From positions 41,912,001 through 41,976,000 of the forward strand of contig OX597817.1 of assembly GCA_951406725.2 (NCBI GenBank): a stretch of DNA of 64,000 nt, written 5' to 3'. A program made the translations under genes and the position numbers. The stretch comes from Octopus vulgaris (Eukaryota). The notes beneath the pieces were generated by a model. It did no database searches. It was not told where the DNA came from and saw only the letters and a program-made list of their open reading frames with translations. Below, in pieces: positions 26,096 through 37,230 of this stretch (the first letter of the stretch is position 1; every line of letters starts with the position of its first letter).

Positions 26096-26604
26096 TTGGA
26101 AAATTTGTGAGATCCTTGGTACAGTTATGTATGTTTGAAAAAAGAAAAAGAATTATTTCACTGATAGTTCTAATCAGTTTAATTTATTATTTTTAAAGTT
26201 TTTAATAATATAAATTTTAGTTCATAGATCAAGTAAAGTAAAATTTATATTATTAAACAATTAAAAATAATAAATTATACTTAGGACTACCAGTGAAGTC
26301 ATTCTTTATCTTCCTTCTTTATATATATATAGATATAGATATAGATATATATACATACATACACATACTCACACGCACACACATACATACACACATATAT
26401 ATGATGATGATATATATGTATGTATAATAAACATTAGACTACAAAGAAATATGGCAGAAATTTTGAAGTAAATCTCAACCTTTTCTGTGTAAATGCATAC
26501 GTTATTCTAAAATGTATATGCTACACTAATGAAAGTTATTGAATGATCCTTTAATTTATTGTTTGACTGCTTATATGTGTATGTATAAAAAATATATAAA
26601 TACA

Positions 26605-26851
26605 CCCTTTTAAAGCCTAGCCAGGCTCATGGGCTCAGTTTCCCCGGTTTCTATGGCATATGTATTCCCCAGCTGGACAGGACACCAGTCCATTGCAGTG
26701 TTACTCATTTTTGCCAGCTGAGTGGGCTAGAGCAATGTGAAATGAAGTGTTTTGCTCAAGAACACAACACATCGCCTGGTCCATGAATCGAAACCACAAT
26801 CTTACGATCATGATGCTGACACCCTAACTACTCAGCCACGTGCCTCCACAT
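26605..26851 (-). mobile_element. tRNA-derived SINE family D
   Basis: Reverse complement of 6931-7180. Confidence 0.78.
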
Positions 26852-27932
26852 GTGTATATATAAATATACATAAAAACAGACATTAACGTATATGTGTGTG
26901 TGGGGGTGGGTGGAGGTGAAGGTCAGTGGCAATCCACTTTTAGTTAATAAAATCACTGGTACACTGGTACACAAGTGAAACATAGTCATTTTAGAATTGG
27001 CCATATCACCACGACAACCACCAAAACAACCACTCCCTCCCACTCATCTTCCTCATCATTGTTGTTAAACATCCACTTTCTACACTGCCATGGTTATATT
27101 TATATGTTTCAAACATGTGCAGTCTTGCCCGTGCAATGAAACCTGCAGAATATATTCCAAAATCTTGGCAACAAATACTACATGATTACTGAACAGACGG
27201 CACCGTCTTAAGTATTGTAAGATCTTGTTGGAGATCATCTAACTTTAGAAGAAAACTTTAGAAGAAAACAGCTGATAATCATTCAAGTAAATGCGTCTTT
27301 GTTCACGTAATCTCTTAATTACATTACTTAGTGAGACAATATAGCTTTTAGATTTAGTGAAGAAGCTTTATTACAGCCAGGCATCTCCTCCATAACAGAC
27401 ATCTATGCTTGTCCCTCTGTCGTATTTTAACATCTCAACAAATGGCTTAGAGACCTCCCCTCTCTCATATGCTTTCTCCTTCAGTTGAAGGGTTTTCCCC
27501 CTTTAACTTTACCTTTCCCTTTCTTTGTTTTGTCTTGCTATTTACTTAGTGAACTCACTAGTGCTGGGGTCTTGAAAACTGCTCCCAATACACACAGCAA
27601 AGGGGTTAGCATTAGCTGAGGCATCCAGCTGTAAAGACCATGTCAAAACTGACATCAGAGCCTGACACTGCTCATTGGACCCCATCAAACTGCCCGACCC
27701 ATGCCAGCATCGAAAACAGACGTTAAACAATAACGATGATGATGTTAGGTTACTCTAATAATTATCTTATTCCACTGTACGTGATTTAATATAGTGTAAT
27801 ACCAATGGATTAAGCAAATCCTGATGGGAATTTTCAGAATCTTTGAAGATCTACTTTCATTTTGATGTGCTTACCTTGTTATTGAAAAGTTAAGAAAGAG
27901 TATATAACCTGACTTTCAATTAACAGCCAACA

Positions 27933-28190
27933 TTCATCATTATCATCATCATCAACATCATCATCGTTGTCATCATTTTCATTATCATTGTTATCATCTC
28001 CATCATCATCATCATCCTTGTCATTATCGTCATCACCATCATCATCATCATCCTCATCATTGTCATCATTGTTGTCGCCATCATCATCCTCATCATTGTC
28101 ATCGTCATCATCCTCGTCATTGTCGTCATCACCATCATCATCCTCATCATCATCATCATCATCATCATCGTCATCATCATCATCATCATC
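27933..28190 (+). repeat. (CAT)n-type degenerate microsatellite
   Basis: Direct inspection. Confidence 0.9.
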
Positions 28191-28572
28191 TTTGCGTCCA
28201 CTTTTCCATGCTTCCATGGATCAGATAGAATTTGTGGCAGCACATTTTCTGCAGCCATATACCTTTCCTGTTCGAAGCAAGGTAATATTTCCTTATGCCT
28301 GGACGTGATTCCGTGGAAGATTGGAAATGAGTGGCACCACCTGTAAGATGGTGGTCCTTGTTTGCAACTATCTCATGATGTCAACACAAGCAAACACATA
28401 CACACACACGTACATACATGTCTGCATGTGTGTATGTATGTATGTTTGTATCATTTGGCCCAAGGCTGACGTCGAAGACAATTACTAAAGACATCACACA
28501 GTGGTACTGAAAATAAAACTGTGGTTGGAAAGCATTTCCAAACAAACAGCTATACCTCTACTTTATGTGATA

Positions 28573-28678
<106 letters not shown>

Positions 28679-28716
28679 AAAAAGGAGATGTGGAACACGA
28701 GTTGTGATATATAAAA

Positions 28717-29472
28717 AAAGGAAATGAAGAAAATGCTGACAAAATAATTTAAGTAAGGGAGAGTGTATTTAATTAGGTGAAAGTTCTTTTTACCGGTTGC
28801 ACATTTGTTATGCTTATCAAAAGATATTTTGAGTGAGATAGAGTTCCTTTCTGATTGATTTTTTTCTCTTATCTGACTTTATGTTGGGTTTGCTGTCTCT
28901 GATATGTGAAAAAAGAGGCTCCAGAGTTGTTTAAGATTTGCTTGGTTTCGCGCCTAAAATTTCTTGTGGACAATGGTCAATACAATTTTGATTGGTCATT
29001 ATAAAGGGGTCACGTGAATGTTTGAATGGAAGTTGGTGTTGGGGTAAGAAAATAGGCTCCAGAGATGTTAAAATTTGGCTAGTATCGCACCTAAAATTTC
29101 TTATTGGTCATAATAAAGAGGTCACGTGAATGTGGTCATAATAGAGAGGTCACGTGAATGTTTAGAATGAATGTTGGTGTGGGTGGTGTATGGAGTTTTC
29201 GAAGATAGCATTGTTGAAAATTCTTATTGTTCAGGCTGGTCAGTAGACGTCATGTGGATATTTTGAATAGCTTTTTAGTGGGTAGTTAAGGAGTGTATTT
29301 TCCGCTTGACTGAATTTGAGCTGGAAAAGTAAGTTCGTTTAGGACAGGAAGAGCTATATGTATGTATGTGTGTATGTGTGCACGCGCGCGTGTGTGTGTG
29401 TTAATATGTATGTTGGGGCGCGCGCACGTGTATATATGTGTGCGTGTGCGGGTACAATTTTCAATATTTATA
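28717..29472 (-). repeat. 3' pseudo-LTR of the PLE (segment duplicated in inverted orientation at 33353-34106)
   Basis: Near-identical reverse complement of 33353-34106; internal subrepeats contain GGTCACGTGAATG three times. Confidence 0.92.
28786..28824 (-). ncRNA. Degenerate hammerhead motif in the PLE pseudo-LTR
   Basis: Minus: CTT TTGATAA GCAT-AACAA-ATGT GCAA CCGG TA AAAAG. The topology is hammerhead-like but the core boxes deviate from CTGATGA/GAAA. Confidence 0.5.
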
Positions 29473-29687
29473 GTTCTGCTGGCCTTGTGCCTGTATCGGG
29501 AAGCAATGTGTTTGTGTGAAGTCAATATTTACAGTCATTTCCAAAAAATAGTGTTGGATGTTTTTCACCCGTATCAAATTATGTGTATGTGTGGAACCAT
29601 ATATTTGCGTGTGCCATGGTGTTAATATCTGGGTAAAAGTGTGTGTAGGGTGTGTGCAGGTGTAAGTGTGTTTGTTGTGGGTTCGTG

Positions 29688-31975
29688 TTAGGGGAATGTG
29701 TTTAGAAGTGGTCTGTATTAATTAATGAGGTGGGATTCCATGGTTATTCGCTGGGTATGAGTGGCATTGTCTTTAAATTTGTAGTGGGGAAAGATTCTAA
29801 AATTGGGATGAAGTTGTGCGGCACAGGTATCAATATGTGCACTAAGTGCTATTTTTCTGTATTCCTGTATTTTTATTTGGGATCTGTGGACAGTCATGCG
29901 TTGGCGGAGGCTATTTTTAGTTTGGCCTATGTAGTGTTCATTACAGCCCGAGCAAGTTATGACATATACTAGGTTTTCTGATGCGCATGTGAAGTTGTGT
30001 TTTACTGTGAAACGTTGTCCTTGTTTAAAAAGGAATTCTGGACCTTCTATTAGGTTGATGCATATACCACAGTTGGGTCTATTGCATTTGTTTACTGTGG
30101 GTTTAGTTGTTGTGGTTGGCAGTACTTTGGCATTTGTTAGGATGGTTTTCAATGATTTGGGTTGCCTTTTGCTCTTTATGATTTCGTGTGTTAGGAGGAT
30201 TTGGTTCATTCTATGGTCCTTTTTTAATACAGGAATGTTCTGGAGGATGGTGTCAAAAGCTTCATTGTTGAGGGGGTTGTGTGTAGAGATGTATGGTAGA
30301 GTATGGGGTTTCGATGTAACAGGTTTAGGGCGTCTAAGTTCCTGTGTGCTGAGTTTTAGGGCGTGTTGGATCCCATTGTCAATTAGCGACATGGGGTAAT
30401 CCCTGCTTGTTAATGTGTCCTTAAGTTCTTGTAGACATAAGAGACGGGTGTTTTTATTGGAGACTATAGTGCAAATTCTCTTGGCTAAGTTGTAGGGAAT
30501 GTTAATTTTAACGTGTCTAGGGTGGCATGAATTGAAAGGGAGGTATTGCTTGGAGTCTGTGGGCTTGTAGTATATGTCTGTTTCTATTTTTTTGTTGTGA
30601 ATTTTAATGAGGATGTCGAGGAAGGGAATTTGTTGAGGGCTGTATTCCATTGTGAAAATAATGTTTGTGTTGAGCCCATTTATAAGGGTGTGAAATTCTT
30701 TAAGCTTCTCGATGGTTTCGGGCCAAAGGATGAAGCAGTCATCAAGATATCTCTTCCAGTTCTTCTCTATGTGTGTGTGGAGAGTGGTGCCAAATTGGTT
30801 AAGAACGTTATTTTAGAGGGTGATTTCCAGGTATCCCATGACTAGGTTGGCGTAAGTGGGAGCTGTTTTCGTTCCTATTGCCGTCCCTGATTTCTGTCTG
30901 TAGAATTTGTTGTTGAAGGTGAAGAAATTATTCTCTAAGATGAATTTGAGTCCTTCTAAAATAAATTCCTTTTTGATGCGGTGTGGGAGTTCGTTGGAGT
31001 AATTATCCAGTCAGAATTGGATAGCTTCTATTCCTAGGCTGTGGGGGATGTTGGAGTAAAGATTAACTACATCGAATGTTACTAGCAGGGTTTGTTCAGC
31101 AAGAAGTGTATTGGGGAGGTGGTTGAGCATATCTAGATCGTCCCTTATGTAGCTTTTAATATGTTTGAGGAAGGGCTTGAGAAGGGTATCAATGAAGTTG
31201 CTAAGGCGGTGGGTTTTGCAAGCGGGACCTGCTATTATAGGTCTCAATTTGAGGTCATTTGGTGAGGGGGCATTTATTACAGAGTTTGTGGCTTCCTTGC
31301 ATGCCTTACTTATTAATTCGCTTTTTTACTAGTGAAATTTGTGATGAAGTTGAATTCTTTGTTAGTGAGTTCTTCTTTGTGGGGGTTGATCAGGGTTTTT
31401 AAGTTTCTCATAATTTTCTGTTGATTGTAGTGTTCAGCCTTTTCGTGATATGTTCCATTTTCCAAGGTGGAGAGTGCTAAGTTGATATAGTATTCTGTCT
31501 CCATTAAGACTACTGCACTTCCTTTATCGGCCTCTTTAATGGTGATAGATCTTTCATTTTTTAATTTGTTTAATTCTTCCCACTCTTTCTTGTTGAGGTT
31601 TGGTTTGGGTTTTGGTTTGTGTAAGTGTTGGTAGGGGAAGTTTGTAATGTGCTCACAGAATTCGTCTAGGATTTTATTTCTACCTTTTGGTGGGGTGCAG
31701 TTGCTTTTATTTCTAGCTAGTGACTCATCCTCATTGTGCTGGTCGAATAGTTCCTCACTAAGTCGTAATTTTCTACAAAATTCTGTAATGTCTTCCTTCA
31801 TTTCGTAGTAGTTTGGATGTGGGGGGGGGGGGAATTTAAGACCTTTGGAGAGTAAGTTGAGAAGGTTGGGGTTGGGTTCTGTATTGGTTAAATTGATGAC
31901 TTTAATTAGTTTCTGTTTCTCTTCCCTGTCCTGTGTTATTTTGTTTGCCTGTATCTGTGTGCTGTGTCTAAAAAA
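29688..31975 (-). pseudogene. PLE ORF2: reverse transcriptase + Cys linker + GIY-YIG endonuclease, disrupted
   Basis: Reads VINLT..LLSKGLKF.P, ITIKEADKGSAVV, DLKLRPIIAGP, YLDD (30738-30749), IPFLDI, TDIYYKPTD and YIGQT. Lesions: deletion/frameshift at ~31325 removing the FYGLPKIH motif, TGA 31011-31013, TAA 30813-30815, TAA 29718-29720. Confidence 0.9.
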
Positions 31976-33232
31976 TGGTTGGGGTAGAGGGGTTGTCTGT
32001 TGGGGATAAGAGGTCCTGTGTGTTTGTTATATTCCTTGTTGTGAAATATGGTTCGGGTTCGTGGTTGTGGATAGAATGGGGTGTTCCTGTATTGCGGGTG
32101 TTGGTGTGTGTTTCTTTGTGTCATGTTGGATTGTGGTGATATGAGTGGCCTACGTGGGTGCTTGTATCAAGTGGTATGGGCTTGTTGTGTATTGTGAGAG
32201 TTGAGAAAGTGAAATTACCTTGTTGTCCCCTCGTGGTGTGGATGTTGTTGTGTCTATCCTGGTAGTGGAATCCTCTTTTATTTGTTAATAAGGTATTCGA
32301 GTAGTTGTTGAGTTGTTGTGTATAGTGTCTCCTTGAAGGGGGAAATTCGTTAATGTAATTCTGGTGGTGAGGGTTTTCAGGGTTCTTGTTCCTCCTTATG
32401 GACGTGGGGTAAGAAGGTACATCTTCAATATGCTGTTTCCTTCTTTTGTTCGAGGTTGGAGGGTTGGCGGAGTAGTTGTGTGGTTGGGTTCCTGGTTTTC
32501 CCATTTTTATGAACGGGTTATTGGAAGAGTAATCCGTTTTGAAAGTCGATTCATAGTTTAGGAACCAGGTGGCACATTTTTCCCAGCGTTGTAGGGATTG
32601 TAGTTCCTCTTTGTTGCAGTTATCTTTCCATAAATTGGAGATCTTCTCTATGTGGAGGCTTTTGGCCCTGTTATTTATTATGAGGAGGATCTCTTCATCG
32701 ATTGTTTTGACTCTTTCCTCATTTGTTTGGGCCCTTAATTTGAGAAGTTCAATCTCTGTTTTCAGTCTCTCTAATGCCATTATTTCCCTAAGTCGTCTTT
32801 GAGGTTCAGGTTCATTGGGAATGGCTTTTAATTGTATTTTGCGGGGAAGAGTTAGAGGGGTAGAGTTCATCCATTTTTCGTATATATCTCGGCCTTGTTG
32901 TTGTTTCTAATCATTTTCCAAAAGGAGAACTTTCTGTCTCTGAGGGATTTGTTCCATTCTGGGATTATATGATTTTTCAGTTTGTATGAATCAATTTGAC
33001 ATGGTTCTTCTTTGTTTTTGGCTGGGTTCGTGGTGGTGAAAAAGGTGTGGATCGTATCACACAGAGTTTGTAGCTTATCGCCGATTTCGGAGGGTTTGTG
33101 TCCGGTAATGGTTTCCTCATTAGTGGAGTCCAATTTGTTGACTAGTACAGAGAGGTTGGTGTTGATGTTTTTGAGTTCCTGTAGGATTTCTTCGTTTAAG
33201 TTGATTAGGGTGGTTTCTGTTTTTGTAGGCAT
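31936..33232 (-). pseudogene. PLE upstream ORF1 (~430 aa, helical/coiled-coil-like N half, low-complexity N/H/T/P-rich C half), two frameshifts
   Basis: ATG at 33232 (MPTKTETT). Three consecutive ORF pieces (32867-33328, 32121-32870, 31936-32124) can be joined by small frameshifts, one in an ATATAT run at ~32885; A-rich sense strand like ORF2. Confidence 0.7.
31969..31975 (-). promoter_or_regulatory. Candidate -1 ribosomal frameshift heptamer U_UUU_UUA (alternatively a 3' splice site TTTTTTAG)
   Basis: ORF1 codons CAT TTT TTA; the -1 frame from here is open into the RT ORF. Confidence 0.55.
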
Positions 33233-33263
33233 TTTCTGTATCTCGTGCGGGGATATGATATTG

Positions 33264-33352
33264 AAAAAAAGAGATGTGGAACACGAGTTGTGATATATAA
33301 AAAAAGGAAATGAAGAAAATGCAGACAAAATAATTTAAGTAAGGGAGAGTGT
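33264..33352 (-). repeat. ~90-bp direct repeat of the PLE 3' terminus (28678-28766) at the element's 5' end
   Basis: GAGATGTGGAACACGAGTTGTGATATATAAAAAAAGGAAATGAAGAAAATGC.GACAAAATAATTTAAGTAAGGGAGAGTGT at both sites. Confidence 0.92.
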
Positions 33353-34106
33353 TATAAATATTGAAAATTGTACCCACACACGCACACATATATACACGCA
33401 CGCGCGCCCCAACATACATATAAACACACACACACACACACACATGCGCACGTGCACACATACATACATATAGCTCTTCCTGTCCTGAACGAACTTACTT
33501 TTCCAGCTCAAATTCAGTCAAGTGGAAAATACACTCCTTAACTACCCACTAAAAAGCTATTGAAAATATCCACATGACGTCTACTGACCAGCCTGAACAA
33601 TAAGAATTTTCAACAACACTATTTTCGAAAACTCCATACACCACCCACACCAACATTCATTCTAAACATTCATGTGACCTCTCTATTATGACCACATTCA
33701 CGTGACCTCTTTATTATGACCAATAAGAAATTTTAGGTGCTATACTAGCCAAATTTTAACATCTCTGGAGCCTATTTTCTTACCCCAACACCAACTTCCA
33801 TTCAAACATTCACGTGACCCCTTTATAATGACCAATCAAAATTGTATTGACCATTGTCCACAAGAAATTTTAGGCGCGAAACCAAGCAAATCTTAAACAA
33901 CTCTGGAGCCTCTTTTTTCACATATAAGAGACAGCAAACCCAACATAAAGTCAGATAAGAGAAAAAAATCAATCAGAAAGGAACTCTATCTCACTCAAAA
34001 TATCTTTTGATAAGCATAACAAATGCGCAACCGGTAAAAAGAACTTTCACCTAATTAAATACACTCTCCCTTAAATTATTTTGTCAGCATTTTCTTCATT
34101 TCCTTT
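33353..34106 (+). repeat. Inverted upstream pseudo-LTR of the PLE, with degenerate hammerhead at 34003-34042
   Basis: Reverse complement of 28717-29472. Confidence 0.92.
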
Positions 34107-34127
34107 ATATATATATATATATATATA

Positions 34128-34442
34128 AATTATCAATAATTAAGGGTAAAATCAATTAGTTATTAATTAATTTCACCAAGTAGTGTTCAGTATGTAAAAG
34201 GACCGTTCAAGGCGTATTCAAAATATTACTTTATATAATTAAGGGCTCAGTAAAATAATTTACTTTGCCACATACTGAAATTTTTAGAAATAGCAGCCAA
34301 AAAGTTTCTTTAGCCATTTCTACTATCAGGGAGATTCTTCTTAAAGTAGTAGAAATGGCTAAAGAAACGTTTTAGCTGCTATTTCTAAAAATTTCAGTAT
34401 GTGGCAAAGTAAATTATTTTACTGAGCCCTTAATTATATAAA

Positions 34443-34445
<3 letters not shown>
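34128..34445. mobile_element. (TA)n-embedded fold-back element with ~99-bp arms
   Basis: 34227-34325 versus 34347-34445 is a near-perfect inverted repeat. Confidence 0.85.
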
Positions 34446-34486
<41 letters not shown>

Positions 34487-34654
34487 ATACATATATATAC
34501 ATATATATAAGCACACATATATATATATAAATATATATATATATGTATATATATGTATATATATATATATGATGTATATATATATACAGATATATACATA
34601 TATATAAGCACACATACATATATATATAAATATATATATATATATGTATATATG

Positions 34655-34711
<57 letters not shown>

Positions 34712-34712
34712 A

Positions 34713-35130
34713 TAGGCGCAGGAGTGGCTTTGTGGTAAGTAGCTTGCTTACCAACCACATGGTTCCAGGTTCAGTCCCACTGACTGGCACCTTCAGCAAG
34801 AGTCTTCTACTATGGCCTCGGGCCGACCAAAGCCTTGTGAGTGGATTTGGTAGACAGAAACTGAAAGAAGCCCATCATATATATGCATATGTATATATAT
34901 GTATGTGTGTGTATATGTTTGTCTGTCTGTGTTTGTCCCCCCCAACATTGCTTGACAACTGATGCTGGTGTGGTGTCTACATCCTTGTAACTTAGCGGTC
35001 CGGCAAAAGAGACTGATAGAATAAGTACTAGGCTTACAAAGAATAAGTGCTGGGATCGTTTTGCTCGACTAAAGGCAGTGCTCCAGCATAGCTGCAGTCA
35101 AATGACTGAAACCAGTAAAAGAGTAAGAGT
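34713..35130 (+). mobile_element. tRNA-derived SINE family A, followed by a family C 3' fragment to ~35250
   Basis: As 8926-9345. Confidence 0.88.
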
Positions 35131-35345
35131 TGGGGTTGATTAAATAAGTACCAGTTACGCACTGGGGTCGATATAATCGACTTAATCCGTTTGTCTGTCC
35201 TTGTTTGTTCGCTCTGTGTTTAGCCCCTTGTGGGTAGTAAAGAAATAGGTAAGACCATAGGGGGTCGACTTCTAGCATAATGGATATCCACTTAGTGGTC
35301 ATCCCTCTTATATGTATGTTATATATATATGTGTATGTATACATA

Positions 35346-35690
35346 CAGGGTGTGATAAGTAAATTGGTGCTATTATATAATTTTAATTTTATGCATGTGC
35401 ATTGTATGTTTTCAATTTTGTCAGCTACACAGTAAGGTAGGATTAGTTAGACACCCTCTGTGAGAAAAACAGCACCCTGATGCTATTCACTCTGCCAGAA
35501 ATTTGGAAACAGCATGCAGTACTTCTTGTCATCCATGCTGGAGGCTCCAATATGAACCTTTCAGAGAGTTTGGGTCTCAATTTGAGTACAGTGCAGAGAT
35601 TCGGAAAGAGTTGAAGTCTAATGGTGATTACGAAGGTGCAGCAGCTCGGAAAACTCACTCTCACCATTCTGATAAGAAAGAACTGAATTT
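35346..35690 (+). mobile_element. Tc1/mariner (maT/DD37D-like) 5' end and transposase N-terminal remnant
   Basis: TA|CAGGGTG terminus; frameshifted EIWKQHAVLLVIHAGGSNMNLSESLGLNLSTVQ/IRKELKSNGDYEGAAARK, an HTH-like segment. Confidence 0.6.
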
Positions 35691-35985
35691 GTTGGATCAT
35701 ACTAGCTTCATTTCTTTCGAGCCTATGCATGTCCTTCACAGTCACGACAGTTCGCACACATGCGTCATACAATCTACCTTTCACTCTGAGCAAGAGACAC
35801 TTTGTTACCAGTAGAGGTAGAAGCTTTCTAAACTTTGCCCAGGCTATTCTTATTCTAGTGTTAACACTCTCTGAGTATCCACCCCCACTACTACCTTGGT
35901 CACCTAGGTAGCGGAAGCTATCAACTACTTCTAGTTTCTCTCCCTGGAGTGTGATGGAATCTGTTTTCTGAGTATCTGTGGTACA
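35690..35985 (-). mobile_element. RTE LINE RT C-terminal fragment
   Basis: EKLEVVDSFRYLGD..TRIRIAWAKFRKLLPLL..RVKGRLYDACVR; paralogous to 40000-40290. Confidence 0.88.
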
Positions 35986-36539
35986 CACACACACATATTA
36001 TTTATTATTATTATTATATATAAATACATTTGTTTAACACTTTTGTTTCCATATTTCTGTTAAAACATACTTCCTTTGCTTCAAATAATTTTGAACGTGA
36101 TAAATAATTTAGTGAAATAGCAGTAATCATTTTCACATAAATGAACGTGAAATTTTAACAGAAGATTTTAATTTTAGATTACTTCAAACTGCAAGTTTGT
36201 ATCATAGAACCAGAGTTGATCCCAGATACATTGGCATCAAAAGGGTTGAAATATACTTCAGTTGTAAACAAATTGTTACACTACAATAATAACTGTCAGT
36301 TAAAGTAATTATACTAAAAACACAGCGAAGTGACAAATAACACTTAGAAATAAAGAAAACCAGAAAACATTGTAGACATTTGAATATTTCCACCTATTTT
36401 TATATATTTTGAGGAATGTGCAGCAGCAGTCAAAAGCAGCAAAAAGTTGTCACTGCTCAGGTGACTGTCTACTTTCTAACCTGTTGTTCATTTTCCATCT
36501 AACTTGAGAACTGTTGAAAGGGGAGAGAAAAACTAGAAC

Positions 36540-36725
36540 AGTCTCTTTCTCTCTTTCTCTTTGTCTCTCTTCCTCTTTCTCCGTCTGTCTCTCTGTCACA
36601 CTTTCATTTTTTCTCACTCTTTCTCTCTCTCTCTTTCTTTTACATTGTCTGTCTGTCTGTCTATTTTGTCAGTCTCATTGAGTTTTATTCTCATGCTCTC
36701 CCATTCTTTCTCTGAGTTTCACTCT

Positions 36726-36767
<42 letters not shown>

Positions 36768-37230
36768 TACTCTGTATGAGTGTCTCTCTCTCTTTGTACC
36801 TTTCCCTCACTCACTCTAAGTCTCACTTTGTCTTGCTCACTCCATCTTACACTTTATTCTCCCTATCTGTCTCACTCTCACTCTTACTCATTCTTTCTCT
36901 TACATTCTATCTAGCTCTGTCTATCCTACTTACGAGGTGTTCATGCACACACTCACACATACGCACAAACACACGCACACACACATACATACACAAACAC
37001 ACACACAGACACATGCACACACATACACACACACACACATGCATGCACACGTGCACACACACACACACAGACATACACAGACACATATACACACACCACC
37101 ACCACCACCACCATACACAGATACAGATACATGCACACACATCCACACACACACGCACACACACATGCATGCTCATACACACACAAGCACACACACACAC
37201 ACAGACACAGACAAATACCCGCTCACACAC
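36540..37230 (+). repeat. (CT)n and (CA)n degenerate tracts
   Basis: Direct inspection. Confidence 0.9.

Noticed and set aside
29730-30845. Plus-strand ORFs antisense to the PLE RT/EN
   Set aside because: Shadow ORFs of the A-rich coding strand with no independent evidence.
31011-31013. In-frame TGA in the PLE RT as selenocysteine (as in some Naiad PLEs)
   Set aside because: The position fits Trp (AIQF-W-L), so TGG>TGA is likelier. The other stops are TAA, and the endonuclease is C-terminal, unlike Naiads.
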